A stretch of DNA of 64,000 nucleotides from the human T2T-CHM13v2.0 reference genome, Homo sapiens: NCBI RefSeq assembly GCF_009914755.1, contig NC_060928.1; one strand, written 5' to 3'. The notes beneath the pieces are model-generated. The model made no database searches. It was given only the letters and a program-made list of their open reading frames with translations, and had not been told where the DNA came from. This document shows positions 15,417 to 26,489 of this stretch, piece after piece. Within the stretch, counting starts at the first letter, position 1. Each line of letters opens with the position of its first letter. A program made the position numbers and the translations under genes.

Positions 15417-17008
15417 ATGTCTGCTATTTAATGTTAAGTTTTTATGTAAGCTGTGTTATAATGCAAACTTTCCTCCATTTCTCTAAGCAAAACTTTAGTC
15501 AAGTCTGCTATCCTTGACCGTTTGACAAGACAGCTGCACTTAGAGGCACCATGTCTACTGTTTGGTCAGGTGGTACAGAGAGAAGAGAACAACCTCACAA
15601 GGCACGCTGGCTGACTGGCTCAGTGGCTTAGATGTCAATGGAAGCAGGAAGTAAGAGGAACAGAAACTATGATATTGTAAGCCCCCAGAATTCATGGAAA
15701 TCTCACTGGATTGTCAGATCACTGGATTGGCCACAGCATGTGAGATAGGGAAGCCTGGAGGGGATATTCTTTTCATTAATTAAAGGAAAGGGTTAGGGGA
15801 CTTGGATTCCCTCAACCCAACAGGCTGAGGTGACTTGGATCACTTAGGAAGCAATAACACTACTGAGCATCATCATGCCCTTTCCTTCCAGGACACAAAA
15901 TCTTGCTAGAGAGTAGGCAAGATTAGGTTGAGTTAAGGCCAAGAACAACCACCAAGACCTGCCTGCCCTTGGCCCTGAAGCCGTGAATCCTCACCTATAA
16001 GGATTCTTCCTCCCAGGGACTCCCTTTTTTACTCCCAGAAGTCCAGCTCCATCCCTTTCCTATTTGCCCTTGTCTGTCAGACTGGTTTGTATCCTAAGCC
16101 TGGATCAAGTTAAGTCCCCCACCATGGGACCTCTGGTCATCTGGATCATCAGTGTCATCGAGCAACCTATTACCCTAAGAAGGCCTTGTTTGCTGAGAGC
16201 ACTTGGAGGATCTCCACAGGGAGCCGCCAACTCCTGATGCCAGCATAGCTGAGTCTCAGCTGAGCTGCAGCCAAGAGTTACTGAGACAAAAGAGTTTGAG
16301 GTTACTTAGTTGATACCTCCAAGCCCGAAAAGACCTCAACCTTTCTTGGTTTTGGAAGTCCTTCTTTTTCTCCTTACACAGCCCATTGCTTGTGAGCACA
16401 CACAGATGGTCCAAGGAATGACAGGCTTCTTTTGTGATGGGTGTTGACTGACACAAACGTGGATAGCTTATTAGGTCACAAGGTACCATCTTTTCTTGGC
16501 ACAGGCTTATGGCACTCGTTATTGCCCCAGGAGCCCACAGACCCGTCACCACATTACTTTTGGTCTGCAGGCTCTTCCACAGACTCGGGTGCTCTTCAAC
16601 CTTTGCCGAACATCAGAATCACCTGGGGCAACTGTCCAAGATGCAGGCCCCAGGGCCCTGTGCCTTGGGGATTTTGAGGCTGGTGGTGCACAGCCTGTCC
16701 TGGGAGAAGCCCTGCTGCAGCCCTTAGCTTTCAGCTTCCAGTGTGTCACCTCCATGCTCCCCACCCTCCAGGGTCTTCTGAAGCCTTTATTTTTGCTCTG
16801 ATGTGGCCCCCTTCAGGGCCAGGTTTATCCTTTTTGCTTCGGGTGGATTACTGGTTCAGTCACCTATCACACCATCCTGTCAGTACTCTCTTTTATAGTT
16901 CTCCTGCTCTCTTCACATTTTTTTTTTAACCACTCATAGTTCCTCATAATTTTGCTCTTCCTCCTGCTTCCATCCCCCACCTAACCTTCTGGATAAAATT
17001 CATTTTGT

Positions 17009-17132
17009 GTCTGGGCACAATGACGGATGCCTGTAATCCCAGCACTTTGAGAGACTGAGGCAGGAGGATCACTTAAGGCCAGGAGTTCAACACCAACCTG
17101 GACAACACAGTGAGACCCCCATCTCAAAAAAA
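17009..17132 (+). mobile_element. Free left Alu monomer (FLAM)
   Basis: Left arm only, ending CCCCATCTC plus A-run. Confidence 0.85.
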
Positions 17133-17907
17133 ATCATCTCTATAATGTCTCCTTTAGATAGACAGAACAAAAACATTTACATGTTAAGAGAAACTTCTCT
17201 TTACCACCCTTAAAATATTTAAAATACCAAAGATCTCATATTTATATGATTAACAGAGAAAACTCAGACCCATGGGCCACCCAGGAACAGTGACAAAATC
17301 TACTTCAAAGTTGTTGCTGTGGCTGAGTCACTGTCTCTGTAATCGGGGAGCTGTTCCCAAGCTGCCTTCACTGTAACGCTGAGAACCCTGAAGAATTTTC
17401 ACTATTTCCAGTCACCGTTACTGTGACAGGGCTCTACGTTAGCAGTTTTAGAGTCACCTACATTCCTTATTTTAAATGAAAATTGAAATGCTTTGAAGAT
17501 TTATATTTACCAAATGAGCTGAGGAAAAAGTAAGTGCTTAAAATATATTGCAATTGCAGAAATGAAAATCATTTTTAGGTATAAAATTGAATTTTTAGAT
17601 TTCAATCACTTCCTACTCATTTAAATTCTTTCAGTAAAGGTCTCAAAGCTTTAAAGGGAAAAGAGAGCAGAACTAAGAATTGAACCATTTAAAACTTGGT
17701 GAGACAGGTAATAAATTATACCTGAATCATTTAATGGTTTAGTAGTCTGGCGTTTAAGGAATCTTCTACAAATGTGGTGTTGGGTAGTATCACCTGAATT
17801 CAGCTACTTTAATAAAGAACTATACTTTCATAGAGAGGAAGGAAAAAGCGATGGATCTAATCTTGACTTCAGGTAAAACAGCTCCCCCGCGCCCACCAAC
17901 GCGGTAT

Positions 17908-17924
17908 TACTGCCACCTAGTGAT
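17908..17924 (-). promoter_or_regulatory. Candidate CTCF site in small CpG-containing patch
   Basis: - strand ATCACTAGGTGGCAGTA resembles CTCF core CCACYAGRKGGCRS; local CpGs at 17888-18192. Confidence 0.5.
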
Positions 17925-19513
17925 AGCATATCCTCATCACAGAGGTCCTGCCTGTGGAAGTGGAGGGGAAGAGGTGTAGTAAGCACAGCCAGTAGGGCGA
18001 ATCCACAAATTAAATACACCCGGGGGTTGGGGGTGGCGAGGGGAGCGCTAGAGTAAGGCTATATTTTCTATAATGTCCATTCTCATTGCTTCCAGGGCTA
18101 TTTTAAGAAATATTTATTTTGATGGGGTTTCAAAGTAAGTCATATGAGGACCTGTAAGCCACAGTTTTTACTCCCGCGGAGTTTGTTTTACGCAGGCTTC
18201 AAATGGACAAATAACATACATCTGAGGTTCAAGCTTTCTATTAATTTAATGCTGGCCTGGAAAACATTTTGTGATTTAAAAGAAAGCACCAAAGTTAGCT
18301 GTATTATTACTGGACTCAGCAAGGAAAGAATTGGGCTCAGTCAGAAGTGCCAGAATCCCTGTAACTAGGGGTGAAATCTCAGGCAAGTATCTTAATAGTT
18401 TCCAACCCCACTTGCCCAACCTGTTAAATAGGGGAACTGAAGTAGGTTCCCTCTAAGATGCTCTCCATGAAAAGCTCTAAGACTCCTCTTATTCATTTCT
18501 GAAGTCCTACCCCAAGGTAGACCAAACGTTCTGACATTTTGGCTGAGCTGCTCCATTCACACACATTATCATGAACGATTTCAAATTTTACCCATTTTCA
18601 AAAGCTGAATCTACCCTGGTGCTTCGTGGAAGCTAAGAATCTGGGAGATATCTCAGCTGGCCAGTTGGTCAAATTATCTTTGTTATTTGCCATTAGCTCC
18701 CGTTAGTTAACACAGCAATCTTTTCAGATGAAGTGTGGACAAGAAGACAAAAAGTATTTGGATAGGGCCCACAGGATCCAAAAGTGCGTAACCTTGTTTA
18801 ATTTCATTTGGTTGAGTTAGCAGCTACTTTTGCAGACTTAAATGCAAAAATGCTGGTGTGTTTGAAGTTTCATTTTTGTCCAGGCTTTCATTACTCAGAA
18901 ATCAGTGCTGACACAATTAAGCATGACCTTTCCATGCAGATGGTGCCTTGCTTCACCAGCACAAACAGCATCTGCCACACTCACCCACAAGTGCACATGT
19001 TTGCATATTTTTAAGACACTGCATCTAAAAATGGTAAAGTAAGTGCTGAAGTAAAGCCTTTGCGGAAGGGAGCATAATATCACTTAATCTGTTTGCATTA
19101 CCTGTTAAGAAAGCCAGAGTGAAGTTCTAGGAAATTAGGAGACATGCAAAACACAGCACTCTTCTTAAACCACACATGTGCTCTCTTAACATTATTGGAA
19201 TAATGTATTAACACTGCTCTATCTGAAGGCATGTTGATTTGCTGTGCTAAGAGGTGTTTGGTTAAATATAAATCATCCCCAGCTTCAGCAAGAAAGCCTA
19301 ATATATATTATGTATGTGTGCAGGATAGCTTCAGCAACCCTGGGTATTTGTTTCTAAAAAGTCACATTATTTCAAAGTTAAAAGGGAACTTAAAAGTGAC
19401 TTAGAATAACTTTCCTTCTAATATAAGAATCTTTTTTACCAGTGACATACAAAGGTGAGGGGGTGCTTGGGAGCACTTTAATCCCTGGTATAGTCAATAA
19501 CAATAAAGAAACA

Positions 19514-19830
<317 letters not shown>

Positions 19831-19967
19831 GGGAATAAAGAAACAATGATAATGATAAAACCAATGAGAAGTCATTCTGCTCTTTATTATCACCAGAAAC
19901 CAGCAATTCTAACCAATGTCAATGACAGAATATACCTCTCAGCAGAGGCAAACCATTCCTCACTCCC

Positions 19968-20299
19968 TACCAAAAACTGAACATTTGTGTCCCACAAAAT
20001 TCCTATGTAAAAGCCTAATCCCCAATGTGATGGTATTTGGAGGTGGAGCCTTTGGGAGGTGATTAAGTCATAAGGTCATAATTCTCATTAATGGGATTCA
20101 TGTCTTATAAAAGAGGTCCCAGGGAACTTCCCAGCCCCTCCCACCATGTGAAGACACAGCAAGAAGACAGCCAGCATCTATGAACCATGAATCAGGCATT
20201 ATCAGACCCCACATCTGCTGGTGCCTTGATCTTGGACTTCCTAGACTCCAGAAATGTGAGAAATAAATTTCTGTTTTGTGTAAGCTACCCAGTCTGTGG
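19968..20299 (+). mobile_element. MaLR LTR (MLT1A/MST-like), 3' terminus missing
   Basis: CCTAATCCCCAATGTGATGGTATTTGGAGGTGG..GAGAAATAAATTTCTGTT..CTACCCAGTCTGTGG, then runs into the minisatellite. Confidence 0.8.
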
Positions 20300-20564
20300 G
20301 ATGGGGTGGGGAGAGTGACCCAGGACCCCTAGTGATGAAGGTGGGGAGAGTGACCCAGGACCCCTAGAAATGGGGTAAGGGAAGAGTAACCCAGGACCCC
20401 TAGGGATGGGGTGGGGAGAGTGACCCAGGACCCTAGGGATGGGGTGGGGAGAGTGACTCAGTACCCCTAGAAATGGGATGAGGTGACAGTGACCCAGGAC
20501 CCCTAGGGATGGGGTGGGGAGAGTGACCCGGGACCCTTAGGGATGGGGTGGGGAGAGTGACCCA
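20298..20564 (+). repeat. G-rich minisatellite, ~7.7 copies of a 33-36 bp unit
   Basis: Consensus GGGATGGGGTGGGGAGAGTGACCCAGGACCCCTA; units start at 20298, 20332, 20367, 20403, 20436, 20470, 20506, 20540. Confidence 0.95.
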
Positions 20565-20709
20565 CGTTATTCACAGTCATATGAATAAGAAATTCACTTC
20601 TGTGTTGAAGTGTTAAATTTTGGGTCTTTCTGAAGTAGCAATTTAGCATACCCTGATGAACACAGGAGAGAATGAGGCAGAGTGAAAAGAACCTTGAGTG
20701 AAAATGTTA

Positions 20710-21120
20710 TGTGCTAGTTATTCATCAATTGGCTTCAGCTCCACTTCTGACCTCCTCTCCTCGCCTGGTATCATAGGGGACTGGAAGCCCACAAACTACA
20801 TTTCACTAATTCCCTTGCCAGCTGTCTTCCAGAAAGAATTTGCTAACAGGAAGACTGGAGAAGGGTAGAAATCTGGGGTTTTTTTGTTTTTGTTTTTGTT
20901 TTTTTCTTCCTTAGGCAGTGCTTTCAGCACCATGAGCAGCCTTCAGCAATGGTGGGCAGCTGCATGCTCCAAAAGCCTCAGTCCCAGTTTTCAGCTGCAT
21001 CAACAGAGTTGTGTCCTTCTGGTCCCACAGACCAGCAGTGGCAGCTAAATGTCTACAGTGGCTTCTCTTTTCTTAACTGGATAGTGACTGATGCACATAA
21101 ATTCTCTTCCTGGTGCTGCT
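20710..21120 (+). mobile_element. ERVL LTR remnant (LTR33-like)
   Basis: TGTGCTAGTT..CAGCTCC..CAAACTACATTTC..TCCCTTGCCAGCTG signature; 3' boundary approximate. Confidence 0.6.
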
Positions 21121-21889
21121 AATTTCTGACAATTTTCTTAACATTTCTGAGCTCCAATTTTCTTATCTATTAAAAAATAACAAGAATAGCAATACCTGCT
21201 CTGTGTCAATAACATAATGTTCATGATATACAAATGAAAATGATTATGAACACTCATAATCTAAAGAAATGTATTTTTATGGATCCTGGTTAAGTTTGCT
21301 GTTATTGGTCATGTCTTTCTCTTTCTAGACCTCCAGGAGCCTATTGAATGTTTCTAAATTGTGATCCAGTCAAATATGTTAGTTATTTTTTCATTTGAAA
21401 AGATGAATATAGCCTGCACCAACAGGGGGAGCTGTTCTTTTATAACCACTGAGAGTGGCTGTATTTCTTCTTTGAGGGCAAAGCTTTAATTGTTTCAACA
21501 CCAGCTACTGGGAAATGTCACCAGTGAACCAATTAGCCTGGCTTCCTGAACCATGTAGAACTGATTATCCAAGTCAGGCCGGCAATGGGCTTGGGCACAG
21601 GGTATATGGTAGACACAAATGAAGAGTGACCTCAATGTCCCATTAATGTTACTTGACTTGTGCTCACTTGACCTCAGGTTGCTTGTAAAAAAGGTAGGGT
21701 CTTAGCCCTTTCTCCCTGAAATCCTCCCCAGTGATTTCTGGGAAGGGCTGGCTTTTTATTTCACTTTAGCTTTCTCGTTAGGTAGGTGACTTTGCATAGT
21801 TACCTTCAGTGGATTTACTGTATTATGGTTTTTAGGTTGCTCTTAAAGTGAGAAAAAAATGTGCTTGAGGTAGACCAGGTAGCCCTTTT

Positions 21890-22045
21890 GATACTTTTAG
21901 CCAGGTAATTCTTTATTGTGGGGGCTGTACTGCACACTAGGATATTCAGCATCACTGCACACTAAATGCCAGTAGGCTCCCCAGGTTGTGACAACTAACA
22001 ATGAAAACCACCTCAAAAATGAGGACCCAATTGAGAACCACCATT
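21890..22045. mobile_element. MER20-like hAT fossil
   Basis: GGTAATTCTTTATTGTGGGGGCTGT..AAATGCCAGTAG..GTTGTGACAAC..TTGAGAACCAC. Confidence 0.65.
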
Positions 22046-22062
22046 TTAGGGGCTATGGATAC

Positions 22063-22595
22063 TATATCAGTGAAGGTTCTCCAGAGAAACAAAACCAATA
22101 GTATGTATATATGTGGAGTGTGAGAGTGTGTGTGTGTGAGAGAGAGAGAGGGTGTGTGTGTGTGTGAGAGAGAGAGAGGGTGTGTGTGTGTGTGTGTGTG
22201 TGCGTTGTATAAAATAAGGAATTTCCTCACATAATTATGTAGGCTGGTAAGTCCAAGATCTGCAGGGTGGGCTCACAGGCTGGAGAACTAGTTCAAGTCC
22301 AAAGGCTGTCTACTATAGTACCAGGAAGAGTTGATGCTGCAAATGAAGACCAAATGCAGTCTACTGGAAAATTATGTTGCTCGGGGGAGGCTGGTCTTTT
22401 GGTTCTGTTCAAATTTTCAACTGGTTGGATGAGGTCCACCCACGTTATAGAGAGCAATCTGCTTTACTCAGAGCCTACCATTTAAATGTTAATTCACTCA
22501 AAAACACTCTTATAGAAACACCCCGAATAACATCTGACCAACTATCTGGGCAACCCGTGGTCTGGCCGAGTTGACACGTAAAAGTAACCATCAAA
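22063..22595 (-). mobile_element. MLT2 (ERVL) LTR with embedded GT/GA microsatellite
   Basis: GGTTCTCCAGAGAAACAAAACCAATAG and GTTGACACGTAAAAGTAACCATCA termini; (GT)n(GA)n at 22118-22202. Confidence 0.8.
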
Positions 22596-22674
22596 GATAT
22601 AAGGTGATCAAGACCCTGGAAGTCCCTGCCTCTGGGAGCTCACATTCTAGGCATTGACCCAGATGATAGGCAAG

Positions 22675-23617
22675 TGTTTCAGTTATCTATCGCTGGCTGT
22701 ATTAGTCCATTTTCATGCTGCTGATAAAGACATACCCAAGACTGGGCAATTTACAAAAGAAAGAGGTTTATTGGAATTACAGTTCCATATGGCTGGGGAG
22801 GCCTCACAATCATGGCAGAAGGCATGGAGGAGCAAGTCATCTTATGTGGATGGCAGCAGGCAAAGAGAGCGCTTGTTCAGGGAAACTCCCATTTTTAAAA
22901 CCATCAGATCTCATGAGACCTATTCACTATCATGAGAACAGCAGGGGAAAGACCCACCCCATGATTCAGTTATTTCACACTGGGTCCTTCCCACAACATG
23001 TGGGAATTATGGGAGCTACAAGATGAGATTTGGGTGGGGACAAGGAGCCAAACCATATCACTGCCTAACAAACCATCCCAAGCTTCATGGCATCAAATAG
23101 CAAACATCTTATTAAGTGCATGTATTCTTTAGATCCAAAATTCAAACAGGGCATGGTTTGTCTCTCCTCTTTGATGTCTGGGGCCTCAGCTGGCAATATG
23201 CAAACCACTAGGAGAGAGTGATTTGAATGGCTGGAGGCTGGAATCATCTGGGGGCTTCTTCAATCAAGTCTGGCACCTGGACTAGAATGATTCAAGCTGG
23301 GATTATCTGGGACTGTTGACTGGAGCACACACATGAAGCATTCCACGTGGCTTGGGCTTCTAGGCATAACAATTATGTTCCTAAGGGGAACCCCTGAAAG
23401 TAACATTTGGAGAGTGAGCCTTCCAAGAGACCACAATAGAAACTGCAAGGCTTCTTCTGACCTAGCCTCAGAAGTGATCCAGTGTCACTTCCACCACATT
23501 TTATTGGTCACAAGTGAATCACAGAGGCCAGGCCAGATTCAAAGGAGGGGAGTTAGGTGCTGCCTCTTGACAGGGAGCAGCAAGGTCACATTGCAGAAGA
23601 GCATGTGGGTTGGGAGA
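22675..23617 (-). mobile_element. Old MLT1-family LTR interrupted by THE1
   Basis: TGTTTCAGTTATCTATCGCTG..[THE1]..AACAAACCATCCCAAGCTT..GGCTGGAATCATCTG..CACTTCCACCACATTTTATTGGTCACAAG. Confidence 0.7.
22698..23060 (-). mobile_element. THE1 solo LTR (THE1B-like) nested in an older MLT1 LTR
   Basis: 363 bp, TGTATTAGTCCATTTTCATGCTGCTGATAAAGAC..CCAAACCATATCA; TSD CTGGC/CTGCC. Confidence 0.9.
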
Positions 23618-23651
23618 TGTATGTGTGTATGTATGTATGTATGTATGTATG

Positions 23652-23686
<35 letters not shown>

Positions 23687-23717
23687 TTATCTATCATCTA
23701 TCTACTATCTATCCATC
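23617..23717 (+). repeat. Compound (GTAT)n(CTAT)n tetranucleotide STR
   Basis: GTAT run followed by CTAT run and degenerate tail. Confidence 0.92.
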
Positions 23718-23759
23718 AAGAGAATTTGCCACAAGTAAGCAAATATTCTATATAATTTC

Positions 23760-24332
<573 letters not shown>

Positions 24333-25408
24333 CAGAACAAGATTCTAAATCCCCTTTCAGTTACACAGCAATAGATGTCCCGGGAGGGATGGGCTCCAGC
24401 ATTTTGTTGAAACTATCTAGCAAGCCTCCTGCAGCTGTTACCACTGCAAAACTAAGTGTGTAGTTAGTGGAGTGGGCGGGGTGGTAGGGATACTGTGAAA
24501 AATTGAGTAAATGACAAAGTGGGACAATGACATCAAAGGAGAGGGCAACAGACAGGACAGCAACATGAGGAAGGGCAAAAGGCAGGAAGATTCAGCCAGA
24601 AAAGCAGGACGATCTTAGAAAATTCTGCTACTTGTACTTCCAAAAAAGTTAAGAAAAAGAACAACCAGAATTTGCTAAAAATGGGAATGAAATAGATACT
24701 AAAACACCAAATAAAGGGCTCTAGAGAGGGAACAGGAACTCTAGTGCCCAGGCTGTTCCCCTGTCACTGCTGTATGCATATTCAGTATCTCCCTGGCCTG
24801 CACTGGCCTCTCTGTTCAAGTGGGCCCTGTCCTTCTCTGTGAGCAAACTGTAGCCAAAAGAATTTAAGTGCTCATTTAGTCAGTTATATATGTATTATCA
24901 GAGCTTAGTCTTCAGCAGACTGCCTCCAGACACTCAGGAACTTCCCACTGGCAACCAGTGTTACCCGGGTCTCACCGATCCCGGGTGAACAGTGGTAATA
25001 GGGAGGAAGATGAAGGATAGAACCATTGCACAGCAGCCTTTTGCAATCATCTAGTCCTTTAGGAACAGTTCTGCTGTGCTGTTTAGTCCTCAGGCCACAC
25101 TGTGAGAACAAGTTACAGAGCACTGTGGTGAGTGCTGAATGAGTCAGGGAGTAGAGATAGGAAGAGAGAGAGAGAAAGGGAGAGGGAGAGAGAGACCTGT
25201 AGGTACATAGAAAAGGCAGGAAGCAACATATGTCCTTGACTCATTTGATACTGCACTTTGTTCCACTTCCCAAGGATTCAGTCACTGCAATTTACCTTTA
25301 GCATTCCAGGCAGATAGAATCCTGCTCTACATATGAATCTGGGCACAAAGCCATGCAGGTGTGAGTAAGCCCATGAAGGAAGTGGCACTCAAAGACTCTA
25401 GGAGTTCA

Positions 25409-25676
25409 GGCCAGGTGCAGTGGCTCATGCCTATAAGCCCAGCACTTTGGGAGGCCGAGGTGAGTGTATCACCTGAGGGTGAAACCCTGTCTCTATAAAA
25501 ACACAAAAATTAGCAGAGCATGATGACGGGTGCCTGTAATACCAGCTACTTGGGAGGCTGAGGCAGAAGAATCACTTGAACCCTGGGAGGTGGAGGTTGC
25601 AGTGATCTCAGGTCATGCCATTACACTCCAGACTGAGTGACAGAGCGAGACTGTCTCAAAAAAAAAAAAAAAAAAA
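25409..25676 (+). mobile_element. AluS-type element with ~30-bp deletion of the B-box region
   Basis: ATCACCTGAGG joined directly to GTGAAACCC; 17-bp near-TSD AAAGACTC(T/C)AGGAGTTC at 25391-25407 and 25674-25690. Confidence 0.92.
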
Positions 25677-25889
25677 GACTCCAGGAGTTCTAATATGCCC
25701 CATTAGGTGGGCACCAGAATGGCCCCTTGTAACTTTTTCCTACCTTCTCCTCTCCTAATTCTTTTTCTGTGGAGGAAACAATAATTGTCTCTGAATCATC
25801 CCTATTCGGAGCATTGAGGATATATTAGAAGGTCTGGGTAAACAAGCAGAAATATTGCAAAAGTGCTAAAACATCAAACTTCAGGGTCG

Positions 25890-26388
25890 AATTTGTGGTT
25901 TGCTTCTGCTTTTTCTATCCACTCTAAAGGTGTTCCTGATAGAGAAGCTTCCTCAGTGTTCCCTGTGTTGGTGTGTAAGACAGAAAGAAGATGGGGTAAA
26001 AGAGTGCACGCATCCTCCACTACAAACCAGAGGCTGATAGCATTAGGGAGAAGCTAGGGTTTGGCCTCACACAAGCAGTTTGCACTGTTGTCCAATCCCA
26101 GGTGGGGTGGTTGCCTCTTCATTTCCTTTGATAGCAACCGCCTGTTGCGTGATGTAGTGTGGGTGTCCTCAGAGGTAGCTACCTAAGTTTGCATACTTCC
26201 TGACTGACAGAACACTCCTGCCAGTGCCTCCAGGCCAGGGTGGTGGTGTTGGTGGGAGGAGTAAGTAACCAAGTTTCACTTCCTTGCCTTGGAGACTCAG
26301 AGCCATAGCAGGCTGCTGTCTCACAGAGCGAGAAGGTGTCAGGAGCAGCCCAGTTGTGTCTCTCTCTCTACCTCTGTGAAGGGCGCGA
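25890..26388 (+). promoter_or_regulatory. DAPP1: DAPP1 proximal promoter / 5'UTR (TATA-less, CpG-poor, haematopoietic motifs)
   Basis: Directly upstream of the ATG. RUNX TGTGGTTT 25894-25901, octamer-like GTTTGCAT 26187-26194 abutting ETS ACTTCCTG 26195-26202, ETS-IRF composite TTTCACTTCC 26274-26283. Exact TSS cannot be read from sequence. Confidence 0.7.
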
Positions 26389-26489
26389 ATGGGCAGAGCA
26401 GAACTTCTAGAAGGGAAGATGAGCACCCAGGATCCCTCAGATCTGTGGAGCAGATCCGATGGAGAGGCTGAGCTGCTCCAGGACTTGGG
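26389..26489 (+). CDS. DAPP1: DAPP1/Bam32 coding exon 1 (aa 1-34)
   Basis: MGRAELLEGKMSTQDPSDLWSRSDGEAELLQDLG; donor GG|gtaagg at 26490; phase 2 matches the next exon. Confidence 0.96.

Noticed and set aside
14418-16930. Several overlapping 60-130 aa ORFs in GC-richer DNA
   Set aside because: No recognisable domain or consistent splice structure; possibly old LTR remnants I cannot name
20298-20564. ~34-bp periodic repeat resembling a CRISPR array
   Set aside because: Units are head-to-tail with no unique spacers, the context is eukaryotic and there are no cas genes
25391-25690. Alu TSD contains AGGAGTTC, matching part of the segment deleted from that Alu
   Set aside because: An 8-9 bp match with no plausible mechanism linking it to the deletion endpoints; probably coincidence
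26289-26471. 60-aa ORF overlapping DAPP1 exon 1 as a possible uORF
   Set aside because: Starts at TTG, not ATG, in another frame and may begin upstream of the TSS; no support
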